Source of the DNA: Eukaryota sp. GEM-RC1
Taxonomy: Eukaryota
NCBI GenBank assembly: GCA_040285855.1
Contig: JAUFOQ010000001.1
Span: forward strand, 3,162,001-3,226,000
Direction of reading: 5' to 3'
Length of the DNA stretch: 64,000 bases
The position numbers and the translations under genes are program-made. The notes below the pieces were generated by a model that saw only the letters and a list, made by a program, of their open reading frames with translations, had not been told where the DNA came from and searched no databases. This document shows, in pieces, positions 39,531 through 52,252 of this stretch (within the stretch, counting starts at the first letter, position 1; each line of letters opens with the position of its first letter).

Positions 39531-40474
39531 GGGCACGAATGAAAATTTGGAACAATATGATTACGTCATAGAGAATTGTTAAAATTGTCATCACTGCTGC
39601 AAAGCTCAAGAAGATGCTCAATTTTTCCATTGAAACCATGACATTCAGATATTTCATTTCAACGTCACGAAATGAGTTGTACAAATCAATCTGAACTAAT
39701 GAAATTAATTTCACTTAGCAATTTGCTTGATGTCATCTTTCGGTCTAACCACACTCCATGATACGTAATAATTCAGATAAACGTATACAACCAGTTCATC
39801 CCCAATCCAAACCTTCAAATTATAGGGGTTGAAATTAGAGGCACCAGACTGTACTTAAAAGTAGACGACCTACATTGTAGTAGCAGATTGGTGTTTCATC
39901 TTTTCAAGGCTGTTCCTCAGAAGTAGGTAAATATAATAATATTACGGAGAGAAGATTTCTGCCTTTCTGCATGTAGGCAAGTGTGATTTTAAGGATATTT
40001 CTTCTTGAAAGTGTAGTTTTCTGTCTGTCTTTAAAGCAAAATTTTGTAGGTATATAGAAATATTAATTTATCTTTTGTTTTCATAATAAAAAAACGAACA
40101 ACAGTGATCATAATATGACGACACACTAAAACACTAACATTGCAGTATCTCTTCCTTCGTGTAATATCATAAGGACATAAAAATACATGAAGCTTGGGAA
40201 AAAGACAAATAGTGAGAATAACAATCACAATGAAAAACAATTACTCACATCAGGATCTCCTGTTATTTACTCTTGAGCAAACACTTTACATTATGGAACA
40301 TTCGTGACAGTTGATTGATACCTCAATATAGTACAGGTTATAGAATACAATCCCAATAATGAAACAAGAATTAGAAAACAAACTCACGGAAATGAATTCA
40401 TTTAGCATCAATCAGTTTAAAAACTAACTAATTTAATTGATTAGGTTCTAAGAGAACAGACAAAACCGTATCAC

Positions 40475-43400
40475 TTATTCCTGAACATACGTATTCATCA
40501 GCTCAAAAGTCGCCTTTTTGAGCTCCATTTTCTGAGCCAAAACACTGACTGATCCCAATTCATCACCAATCAAAACGATTGGATGACCAGCAGACCAACT
40601 ATTCGTGATTAAACTAGCTTTACTTGGAACTAAAACAGAAGCAGAATGACGTAGCCTTGGTGCTGGTTCCCCTTCTAACAAAGGAACACTTAAATCAAGA
40701 GAAAATACAAAAGTTGATTCTTTGAAACCACATTGAGAATACTTGGTGTGAAGGTAGCCATTGTATCTGCAATGGGAGCGTCAAAGGGAAGGGAGAATCT
40801 GAATGAGTAATGGGGATGGAGACTTACAAGGGTAGATGAGGCGCTTTGGTTGAGTTGGGAAGGGAAAGATAGGGGAAATTTAAAAATTTCGACAAAAAAG
40901 TTAAATGATTCGTCGTCTTGTTGGATGATTGCAACAAAACTGTTAGAGAACGTGACAATAGGAGGTTTTTGACCTAAGTTGCAAATCAACTCGTAACCAA
41001 GAGTCGGTCTAGCAGTACAGATCAATCGACAACCTACCTGATCAACAGCAATTGCAAACTTCTCTTTTGAACAAATTTTAAAATAAGAAGGATTATTTAA
41101 AACTGTGAAAGACTTGCATACTCTAACAACATTTTCTTCTCTTTTCAAAACATACAGAACCCCAGATTCATCACAAACAAGCAAGTTTCCGTCAACTTTA
41201 ACCTTAACGTCAACAATCCGCTTTCCCTCACAAATCTCGACAGAACACACTGGAGACGTATTAACAATGTCTACAATGTAGAGAAAACCATCATGAGAAC
41301 CACAAATAAGTTCGTATTTAGTAGTTGAGAACTGAGCAACACTGACTGCACCAGGGATAGTAAACTCATAGAGTTGAGATCCCGTGTCCAAATCAAATAT
41401 TATCAAATTTTCAAAAAAGTCAGCAATTGCGACTTCGCCTTTAGATTCGTTCACTGTAATACAAGATAAAGTATTTGAAACATTCTGAATAAACTTGTTG
41501 ACTTCACGACCATCACTCAGAGTTGATTTCGACTCCCCACTTGATCGTATCAAATTCATTGAAGAATGAACGACTGAATGACACTTAGTTGCCAAATCAA
41601 ATACAGTGAGTCCTTCTAAATCAGCAACTACTGCAAATCGACCGTCCTCGCTGATACTAGTCTTGGCAACAGTGATTGAGAGCATTTTCTCAGTATAAAA
41701 AGCAGAAAAAGGTTTGGGTCTGGTGGGCCAAACACGTGCGAAACAATCTTTCCCTCCAGAAATACAAAGACTTTTGGAGAAGTCTAGGGAAGTCACGGGA
41801 CCAGAGTGAACGTGATAACCCATGGACATTTTGGTCCACGTCTCATCAGAAACAAACACGTTACCATCAGAAAGACCAACAAAAACAACTTCCAGCACAG
41901 TATCATCATGATCAATCCACCCATGACTAAATGACGTCACCGCCACGTCATCAGTCGATGATAGAGTCGTACCTTCCAAAACCAACGAAATCGATCTAAT
42001 TGGAGTGGTGCTCAGTAAGAAAGTTCGTATCTTATTGTTATAACACACTGTCAATCGAGAACCATCAGAGTTATACCGAACCTTATTTAAATAACGAGGT
42101 GAATAAGCTCCAGGTCTCGAGACTTCCAACGACTGAGAGAACTTTAGAGTGTTTTGATCAAGATCAAGACTCAAAAACACCAAACGAAGACTAGCAGTGT
42201 TATTAGCTATTAATAAAGCTATACTATTACCATCAGGAGCCCATGAAAGATCAAGAATAGACTTTAAATCAGTATCAACCAGAGATAAAGGAACGTGTTT
42301 GATGTCACATAGTGATAACTGATCGTGTAGTAGTACAATTGACCAAAGTCTTAGAGAAAGAGGCGCGAGGGTCTCGTAATTATTGGTATGAACTGTTAAG
42401 ACGCGGACTACTACTGTTGCGTCTTCTCTTTTGATTGTTAACCCTGATGAGTCATCAGTTACGTGATGTGATTGAGTTTGGGGAAGACTAACACCGTCTA
42501 GTAGTGAAATAAAACCGTTTCCAGGTAGCATTAGAGAAATAACAGCTTCATTGGGCTGATCAAAATTGATTGAAGTCGGAGCATCATCGACTTTGATTAC
42601 AAGAAAAGATCCAACAGAGAACAAAAGCAGAAAGCTCTTATTACATCTACCAAAGGTTGGAAGCACTGAGAATGAAGAGAATGCGTTAAAACCAAAGATG
42701 TGGGAGTATCGTAAAAGAACATTGTTTTCATGTACAAGGGAGGATACAACGGGGGTTAGAGAGGGGGATGAGTGAGAAGAAACGGGGGTTGAGGGGGGTG
42801 CCGGCAAAACGTGTCTAGCGGTGTTTCTGGTTGATCCTAATTCCTTACCACTTTTTAGAAAACTTGATAATTGTTTTAAAGTACGTGGATCAGCAGTGAA
42901 ACGTTTGCTTCTAGCCAACTTCTCAGGAATCCAGTCGTGTGAGTAGACTTCATTCCAAGGAAGTGATCGAGGAGGAGAAGGGAAAGCAACAGAGGGAGGA
43001 GGAGCATGGGCAACGTATAAAGCATTTGATAGAAAGATAGAACGAAATGAGATGGAACCTCCTATTGTAAGAGACTTGAGAGATCTAAAGTCATATGATG
43101 GGGATGGATAAGACTTGTGAAGATCAATGGCGACTTGTACCCATTTAGAAACATCAACAGAAGAAGGATATGTTACTGCTAGAGGTGCAATACGTGGTTT
43201 AGACTTTTTAGACAGTGAAGAGGAGATACAGGTGCGGTAGGAAGTACCAGAATGTGATTCGGTGTCAACTGTAATTATGAAAGACCCATGAGAACAATAT
43301 TGTATATAGAGATATCGTTGGGAATAATCAAAAACATGAGGTGACTTGGGAATTCGAACAAAAGAGTCTGAAGAATGAGATCCTCTTGTTCTAACTGTCA

Positions 43401-43530
43401 TTTTGTTGATAATTGGATCAATTAGAGCTGAAACACTCCCCCGTTTATCAATATTTTGAAAGACAAAAACAGAACATTCTTTGATTATATCGATATGAGG
43501 TAAGAGCTCCACTTGAGGGGAAGAAGCCAT
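40475..43530 (-). CDS. WDR90: WDR90/POC16-like protein (CFAP20-type domain plus WD40 repeats); 1-nt frameshift near 40710
   Basis: N-terminal SFVRIPKS...RYLYIQY...WVQVAIDL...LKSLTIGGSISFRSIFLSNALY (CFA20 domain); HSGPVTSLDF...SGGKDCFARVW WD repeats. Likely start MASSP at 43530; the frame is open to 43611. Confidence 0.7.
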
Positions 43531-43609
43531 TAGATGGTCTAAAGATTGGTTGACAAATTGGTTCAGTGCATTTGTTTCATCATCCAATCTTTGACACTTC
43601 CACAATCTC

Positions 43610-44284
43610 ATGTCTTCTATTGAGTTTTGGCTTCGAGAATTAGAATCTGAACTCGACTATATAGATACCACTCTTTCTTCTGCATCTTCTGGTAATCTTC
43701 CCAATGAAAAACTCACACAAATTGTTAAAACAGTCGAGGATAAACTTCACAGAACAAATTTGGACATCCGACAGGCCAGAACTATGCTGGTAGATGTTGA
43801 CTGGAAACGTGATGAATACGAAGAACGTTTGAATGAAGCTGCTTCTAGACGAACTAAGCTTCAGGAATTCCACCAAGACGTCAAAAGAAAGTGCAATCGT
43901 AGTAACCTAATAGGAGACAAGGAAAACCTGACTGATGGACAAAAAGTTCGTGCAGCACAGATCATAGCAGAAGATACTTCGAAGAAAATCAAGTATGGGC
44001 GAAACATGCTGGCCAACATTGAATTCACTGGTATAGCGGCCGGTGATGAATTACGTTCTCATACGCAGACACTGGAACGTGTCCACAATAGCCAACAGGA
44101 ACTGAGGTCGGAACTGAAGATTGCTGATCAACAAATACGTGTGTTCCTGCGGAGTATGATGACCGATAAGTTCATTATGTTAACATTGCTAACAATTGTT
44201 CTTGGATTGATATTTATTATTATCTACTCGGTCTTCAATCCTGATAGTGATCTTAATGTTCCAGATGAATTTAAACCACAATAA
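43610..44284 (+). CDS. NPSN-like Qb-SNARE
   Basis: Helical N-terminus, SNARE motif (GIAAGDELRSHTQTLERV), then RSMMTDKFIM plus a TM helix and NP, as in NPSN SNAREs. Confidence 0.75.
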   Translation: MSSIEFWLRELESELDYIDTTLSSASSGNLPNEKLTQIVKTVEDKLHRTNLDIRQARTMLVDVDWKRDEYEERLNEAASRRTKLQEFHQDVKRKCNRSNLIGDKENLTDGQKVRAAQIIAEDTSKKIKYGRNMLANIEFTGIAAGDELRSHTQTLERVHNSQQELRSELKIADQQIRVFLRSMMTDKFIMLTLLTIVLGLIFIIIYSVFNPDSDLNVPDEFKPQ

Positions 44285-44469
44285 TCTGTTTGTATAAAAT
44301 GTAGATATATTTTTGAATACATCATACGTCGTTGCTTCCTATCAAGAGTGACCAGTCAATCTTAAAAGGTGTTCGAACAGAAAGAATTTGGAGGACTAGA
44401 TTTTGGACTCAGCTCAAATGAATGAAAACTTCGAACGAAACATTTTCCATTTTCAACATCAACTTCGTA

Positions 44470-45278
44470 ATGACTTCTCCTAAGACTCGTGAGGACTATG
44501 TCTTTATGGCTAAACTCAATGAAAACGCCGAACGTTACGACGGTATGTGGGGTTTCTGTGCTTTATTTATTTTTTTTGTGACGATCTCATCTCAGAAATG
44601 GTCCAAAACATGAAATCGGTTGCTGAGCTTGATGTGGAACTCACAGTTGAGGAGCGTAATCTGCTCTCGGTCGCATACAAGAACGTAATCGGTGCCCGCC
44701 GCGCTTCCTGGAGGATCGTTTCTTCCATCGAGCAGAAGGAAGAGAACCGCGGTGAACATCACCATGTACAAATGATCCGAACTTACAAGAAGATGATCGA
44801 AAACGAACTTGCCGACATCTGCACTGATATCTTAAAGATCGTTGATGGTCATTTGTTACCCTCATCCACCTCTGCTGAATCCAAGGTGTTTTACTATAAG
44901 ATGAAGGGTGATTACTATCGTTATCTTGCTGAGTTTTCATCTGATATCACCAGAACGGAAGCATCCGAGCGCTCTCTAGCCGCCTATCAATCCGCCACAG
45001 AGGTAGCCTATACCAGTTTGGCCCCAACCCACCCCATACGACTTGGTCTTGCTCTCAACTTCTCAGTGTTCTATTATGAAATTCTCAATGCCCCTGAACG
45101 TGCATGTACTCTAGCAAAGAATGCCTTCGATGATGCCATCGCAGAATTAGATTCTTTGGAAGAACAATCATATAAGGATTCCACATTAATCATGCAGTTG
45201 TTAAGAGACAACTTAACCTTGTGGACAAGTGATATTCCTGAAGGAAACGAAGATACTCGCGTTGAAGAAGAAGACTAA
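44470..45278 (+). CDS. 14-3-3 protein; 53-nt intron 44543-44595
   Basis: AERYD|EM splice restores the frame; [64 protein letters not shown]. Confidence 0.98.
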
Positions 45279-45426
45279 ATAAAGGAGAAACTCCTTTTAG
45301 ACACTGGGTTTAAATGGATTTTTTTAATGATAAATGTTGTGTTTGTATACAATGTATGAGCTTAGAATGGATCGCTGCGATTGCAAATAAAGTTTCATTT
45401 ACTATATTTGGATTTGGTATTCCCTT

Positions 45427-46499
45427 CAGGCTTCACTAAAGTAGTCCAAAATTCAAAATTAAAGTAAAGTAGTCTACTTTACTTTAAGCTTTACTTTACT
45501 ACAATAAAGTTCGACCTGATCTCAATCCTCTTTTTACAACTTTCTCTCTTAAGTTTTTTTTATTCAGTTTCCGCTTCCCATATACACATGAATTCACTCA
45601 ACTCCGAACAACGGATACCAGTAGGCAATGGGTCGAGAATTATCCAAAACTGAAGAGACATAACGAATGGTGTATCTGAGATGGACTGGTTTCTGTTTTT
45701 GAAGGGGACAATCTCGAACTGTCAGACTCTGATAGATGTAATGAAGTGATCTGAAGTGACCTGACGTTTGAATAATGGATCTTGGTTGAATAAGTTTCTG
45801 TTAGAAACAATTTTATAGTGTTGCACGAAACGTGTGAAAATTCTTGTGGAAACGCGTTTACGTTTCGGAATCGCGTTTCCGTTTCCGAAACGTCATTTTA
45901 TGGTTCTACATCTCAATTTTTCTCCACCAACATTCTCTCTTCGAAAAAATTCCGTTTAACTGGTATAATTGATTTTTATCGGTTCTTTGTTGTACGTGGA
46001 GGTGTTATACATGTTGTTATGGATTGTAATTCTCAATGTTATGAAATTGAGAAAGAAAATTGGATCACAAACTACAGTTCTGCCTGTAAGTGTTTTCGTT
46101 TTAGTGGTTTCCTACTGTGCATCCAATTTTATTGGTAACACTCATATCAAGAGTATTAAAGTTCAATAAACGGAACATACTTTTCAACAAATTTACGGGA
46201 ATCATCAAGTTTTGGAAACGTTTATTCACGTTTCTGATGCGTTTCCTGTGAGTCATTAACGTTTCGTGCAACACTACAATTTTATATATCGTTTTTTGCT
46301 TTGCGTTTTGCGTTTTTTGTTGAGTTCCTATGATAGAACATGTTATACTGGTATAAAAGAGTCGTTTACTGTGCTCAGAAGGCAAACTAAACAAGTTTGA
46401 GATCCGTTACTTTACCTTCTCAAAACTTTAAAGTAAATTAAAATAAAGTAAAGTAAAGTCACTTTAGCACTTTACTACACTGTACTTTAGTGAAGCCTG
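45427..46499. mobile_element. hAT-like MITE (outer), TIR CAGGCTTCACTAAAGTA
   Basis: Perfect 17-bp TIRs and subterminal AAAGT/ACTTT arrays; TSD degraded. Confidence 0.8.
45816..46276. mobile_element. hAT-type MITE nested in the outer MITE; TSD CAATTTTA
   Basis: TIR TAGTGTTGCACGAAACG; perfect 8-bp TSD at 45808-15 and 46277-84. Confidence 0.9.
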
Positions 46500-46633
46500 A
46501 TTATCTCTATCATATTTGAATAGAAGACACCATTCTTTTACAATGCAGCTACACAAACAATGTAATGTAAGAAACAAACAATCCTTGTAATCTGCATTTG
46601 TGATTGTAAGAAAATAAGTTAACGGCCTAGGCC

Positions 46634-47347
46634 CAGAGCTGTCTAAAAATTGAACCGTAAATTAATTTTGCGATAAGACTAAACCATAAATTAATTTTGG
46701 TAACAACTCAAAACCGTAAATTAATTTCCGTAATTTATCATAAGGCCATAAATGACGTCCTGGAAGCGCATCAAATGATAATTTCAATGCACTGTACCCC
46801 AAACTTTTGCTCAAACAATACATCATAATATCAAACTGCCTGGAATCGTGTGTGTTGGTAATCACTTGAGACTTGATCTTTCTGCTTAGCATAACGTCGT
46901 TCATGTTAGAAACTTCAAACACAGTGTCAGACACATTTTCTATTCTCTCATGAATCTAGGGTTAATCGACTTCCCATTGTTCTGATAGGTTGACCGACTT
47001 TCACGTGTAAAAAAGAAAACCCTTACGTGTATGATTTCCTGAAGGAATGATACCAGAGCTACCATGTTGGGTGAATAAGTGAGGTATGATAGCGTGATGT
47101 TTGGATACTCTCGTCAAATTGGACAATTGTCTGTAAAACCAAATAGTTAACAACACATTTATCATCATTTCTAAATATATATTATAGATTCTAATGTGTA
47201 TTCATTTGATTGGAAACACATTCCATAAATTAAATTCCGTAATCTTCAAGTTCAATAAATTTATTTCCGTAATTCTCAATTTACGGTATTTTATGTAGCC
47301 AAAATTGAAAATTAATTTACGGGGGAATTAATTTTTAGACTGCCCTG
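46634..47347. mobile_element. hAT-type MITE, TSD CCTAGGCC/CCTAGCCC
   Basis: TIRs CAGAGCTGTCTAAAAATT / AATTTTTAGACTGCCCTG; 7/8 TSD match; CCGTAA subterminal motifs. Confidence 0.8.
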
Positions 47348-47947
47348 CCTAGCCCTAATACATGTAATTAATATCTTCAATGTATTCATCGACCTCAATC
47401 TTGTCTTCATAGTGTCTTCGAACAAATCAACTATGAAAACAGAAGCCAATGTAACAATTAAAATGGGTGCTGTTTCTCTTCCAATCTTCTCAAAGTTCCC
47501 AAATAGTGATGTTCCTGATTGATCAACTAGTATAGAACCGTACAACTGAACAACTAAATTACAAACGGGCACAACAAGCCATTTCAATTAGAAAAAATAC
47601 CCTTGTACTTGAATTTTTAACCATATGTCTCTAACATTGATTGAAGGTAAACGTCTAACTGGCACTAAATGGACTATGCATTGGGAATCAAAGAGTAAAT
47701 AACTAGCAATGAGTTTAGGATTAAATATTTTACTGAACAAAAAGTTGCTTTCCAATACCTGACACAAGAAGTCAGTAAAAATCACATCAAAATAGTTTCT
47801 TGTGAAAAGCTAATAACAATAATACAAGTGAATCAATTTCTAGGAGGAACTAATTCGACTTTCAGAAGAAAAAAACCAGAAGGCGGCGGTCACAAATTAC
47901 AGGCCTTTATAACAGCGGCATCTACATAAATATTAACAAGATTTGGG

Positions 47948-48734
47948 CTAATCTCTGGGGCGTTTGTCTTCGGGTTGTCGGTCTACATCAGCAGTTCTTT
48001 TTGATCCAGCTGTAGGAGAAGCAGCTCCCCATGATCCTCGTGGTTCCCCCCTCCAACCTGGTGAGTCTGAACGTGTATTTGACCTTTCTCGATATGGAGG
48101 TGAAGATCGTGGAGGTTGAGGAGAATACCTTTCTTGGGGACGAACTGGTGATCTTCTATATCTGTCTTCACGAGGCGAATGGCGTTCACGGCGGCGATCA
48201 TCATAGCGGTCTCTACCTCTTATGTCATCAAAGCGATCTCTGTCTCTGTCATCATAGCGGTCTCTATCATCATAACGGCCACGGGAATAAGGAGAAACAG
48301 AGCGTCGACGATCGTAGCGATCTCTGTCATATCTGTCACCACCACGTCGGTCTAATGACTCAGGACACTCTCTTGCGTAGTGACCAGGTCGTCCGCCTAA
48401 TGTAAGAAAAACAAACAAAAATACACTTAAAACAACCGTCGCGAGGTCCACGTCGAGGGCCGCGACTACTTGAACGAGCCGGTCCGGAAGTTCCACTGTA
48501 GCGGGGAGAGCTTTTGGCCCACTCAACCGCTATTTCAGGACCTCCAGGAACAAGTGGTCTGTTGTTATATTCATCAATACATTGTTCCGCTGATTCTTCA
48601 GATTCAAAAGTGACAAACCCAAAAGAACCTCGGATGTCACACCTTGTAATTTTGCCAAACTTTTCAAAACAAGAAGACACTTCGTCTCTACTAACTTCAG
48701 GTGTTAGTCTACCAATGAAAAGTGAACCCGTCAT
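47948..48734 (-). CDS. SR-type splicing factor (RRM, CCHC zinc knuckle, RS/RD tail; SRSF7/RSZ-like); 28-nt intron 48397-48424
   Basis: LFIGRL...FGFVTF RRM; splicing yields CFKCGRPGHYARECP; RDRYDD/RSP tail. Confidence 0.9.
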
Positions 48735-48829
48735 TTGATGGGAAGGGGAGAAATTCTGGATTTCGATCTAGATTTTACACTCCTCAGGCTAAACACATCC
48801 TCAGTCCTTAGAACATTCCCCCCTTCAAA

Positions 48830-51262
48830 ATGGAGACTTCCTCCATTCAACTGCTCTATATTGAGTGTGATAGGCTTGCTAGAGAGTCCTCTAACGGTTT
48901 TTCCTATGATAACTTTCCTCTATTGCCAACCTTGCTCACAAAAAGTCATTGAACATCTCTCATCCATCAATCCTCATAATCTTAACCGTTTCGATTCTAG
49001 ACTCATTCACGCTGTTATCTCTCTTCTCAAATCACTTAACAACCCCCCAATCGAAACTTCATCTAACTCTTCAGTAACTCAAACTGATCACGTTCTGCAG
49101 TCCATCCCTCTTCTCTTCAATCTCTTTGCACTCCCTCATCACCGTATCCAATCATCCGCTCTTACCACCCTCACTAAACTTCTACCCGCCCTCCCTCCTG
49201 CTGTTTTCTCTGGTCTTTCTTCCCTCTCCATCACAACCACTCTTTCATCCATTCTCACTTCATATCCCCACCACATCCCCAATGCTCTTGAACTCATCCT
49301 CTTCATTTCCTCTCTCAACATCACGTGGCCTTCTTACCTTCCTACTTTCCTCCTCTCATTCGCCTTGGATTTCCTCAATGAGCTGTACCTCTGCAATTCC
49401 CTATTTGAAGTTTCTCTTGAGGTCTTTACCAGTGATTTAACATGTCCTTCCCACTATGTTTCTCCAGAGTTAGTTGTTTCTTTATCTCAGTTGTTTGAGT
49501 ATTTCTTTTCTAACAAAGTTTCTAACCCATTGTTATTGGAAACGCAAATGTCACTTTGTGATTTAATATTCGAACTTTTTTCAAATTTTTCAATAGTTGA
49601 AGCTATTTTAAGTATTGATGAGTTCAATTTGTTGGAGCTACTTTTGGATTCTTTAACTCTGTGCAAGAGTGATGACGTGATGTTTTCCATTGTTTCTGTA
49701 TTTAGAAGGTTGTTTTTGACTGTCTATCACAATCAAGAAATCAATACACCAATCAAAAGTGATGATGAACGAATTCTTGTCCCTGATTTCTTCCTTAATC
49801 AAACGGTTCCCTTTTTCATGACGTCTCATTTTTTGAACCTCTACAAAAATATTGGGAATATTTTCAACAATTTTTAATTGAATACGTGTCGGAACAAATG
49901 GGTTCCCGCTTTGTCATTATTGAATTTCTAGCAAATGTCTTCTTTATTATGTCGAAAACACCGACTACTGTGAATATTTCCTTAGATTTCACGTGGGTTT
50001 TTGACCTGATTGATTTCGAGAAGAGTTCAAATAATACCGAATCACATCACAATTTAATTTCCATTCTGAGAATGTTTCAAGGGGCAGCTCTTAACTATCA
50101 TCACATAACAATTGATTTTGACTGTCATCGACTAATCAACACGTTACTTTCTCTTTTCAGTTCAACTCACCTTCCCGTTGCTATTCGTCAACTATGCTTG
50201 TCGATCTGCAATATATTAATTGACCAAAAACCAGATTGTGTCCAAGATTTGGTTAATTCCATCTCATTGTCTCTTAATAAGTTCATGCCTCTGTTGACTT
50301 TCTGTGAAAATGATGTCACCTTAATGAGCCTTGATGTTCTTGTTCTAATGAAAGCGTGTCTATTTTGTCCCTCTTTCTGCAATCGTTTTCTAGTTTTGGA
50401 AGGAGGTAAGTCAGTTTTAGAGTTAGTTAAATGTGATGTTTGTTCTGTTGTTTCCGGGGCTTTGTCTGTTCTTATTGAATTAGTGGACAAATTTGAAAAT
50501 TTACGTACAGTTTTAACTGGTTGGAAATGTTGTTCTACTGGAAGGAATTTGTTTCAGATTTTGATTGATCATTGGAATGATTGCTTTGAGACGAATCTCG
50601 ACAATCAAAATAAGGAAATTTTAAATGTTTCTGATCCTCTTGGACCATATAAACTTCGACGAGATTTAAATTCTGTCGACAAAACTGCCCTTTCGGCCGG
50701 TTTCTTAACTAAAATTCATCTTTTGTTTAGCTCTTTGGAACATGATTTGGCTAATCTTTGTCAGATTCTCTCAGTTCGAGAGATTTCTACTGCTGTGATC
50801 ATCCAATCTTGGCCATTATTTCAACAATACGAAGCTTTTAAAACTACGCTGAAGAACATTCATTTAGAATTACCCGCTGATATTGACTTGAAATTGAAGT
50901 ATAAGATTGCTGGATATCAGGCAGCTATTGCGTCGATCAAACGCTATCAATCATTTTTGATTGAAACGGTTTCGAAGGAGGAATCTTTCTCTGAAGCTGA
51001 TTTCTATTCGAAAATGGCATCTGCTTCTTGTACCGAACTTCCATTTTCAAAGAATGTTTCATTCTCTAGTGTATCTCCTATACTACATTCCAACCAGCCA
51101 TATGCTATTCCAACGTCAGTTAAGAAACCGTCTCATCATGAGTCTGTGAAATTAACAGACTTTTCGTTGGAAAAGACGAGACTTTTTGTTGATAAGCTTA
51201 GTAACACTTCTATTCTTGCCACTGCAAATCCAAATGATCTCGAGTGGATCACGAATGGATGA
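48830..51262 (+). CDS. CFAP69: CFAP69-like ARM/HEAT-repeat flagellar protein; probable 1-nt frameshifts near 48940 and 49812
   Basis: FLVLEGGKSVLELV...LTGW...ILIDHW...FLTKIHLLFSSL...IIQSWPLF...YQSFLIE...EADFYSKM follows the CFAP69 C-terminal pattern as recalled. Start inferred. Confidence 0.6.
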
Positions 51263-52252
51263 ACAAATATTAAATTATATTTGCATGTATTCTAGTGGAA
51301 TTAAATTATTTTCTGTACCATATTTTCATTTCAATTATCGATAACTCTTAATTTACTGTTTTTCAATTAATTGAATTATTTTTCTAAATTTTGTTGTAAG
51401 TTTCCTATTCTTTGGTGAGTGTTTTATTGCGCTTTGTATAAATACTTTTATTTACTGATATGTAATGGAGTATTCGAAATGTAAAATAGATACTGTGGAC
51501 CAGCATAGCATATACAAAATAGCATATACCATTATCATCGTGGGAAAGTTGAAGTTGTGTCCATCAAATGATGTACTACAAATTTGATTAAGTACGATCT
51601 TCTACAATAGTGGACATCCTGAGCCATGTTAAACACTACTATGCGTAATGTTTAACTCTAATAGTGTATCACCATGATCACAATAATAGTGATTTGATTT
51701 AGTTGGTCTAAGTGTCTCACAGTACGTTGCCAAAATTTTAAAATAGCTCCCAGTCTGATATATTTGTTTGCGTTCCATAACATAATAGTGATCATCCATT
51801 CATTCTTTCAGAGAAATGGTTTTCTAACAGTGATGATGAAGATGTTTATGAAACTTCTATTGAGGTTGTCAACCCAAAGCCCAAATCAAGAGAGAAGCGA
51901 GAATGGATTCATCCACATGGCTTACTACAGTGTAAGAGCAAACATTGTCTGGGATAAGTCAAGAAGCGATTGAAAGGGCATAGGGCATACAGTGCCCAGT
52001 CAAATGTATTGGAATCGCAACAAGATGGCTTGTTTGAACTTGATGAACATGTTCGAGCATTGGATGAATGGTAGTGATGAGAGAGTGGAGTACTTGTGTA
52101 GTAATTAGCTTTATTTTTGTTAGCTGGCAGGTGAAACCCCGCCTTATTTGGTTAAGTCCATTGCAAAGAAGCTAATAGGATTATTAAGTCATCGAGAACA
52201 AATGTAAAGAATACACATTTATTGTAAGGGTAAATTAAACCAACGACATCAA

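Noticed and set aside
43609..43612. Two divergent ORFs sharing one palindromic CATG start (WDR90-like and SNARE)
   Set aside because: This leaves no room for a promoter; the in-frame ATG at 43530 is a more plausible WDR90 start. Needs TSS data.
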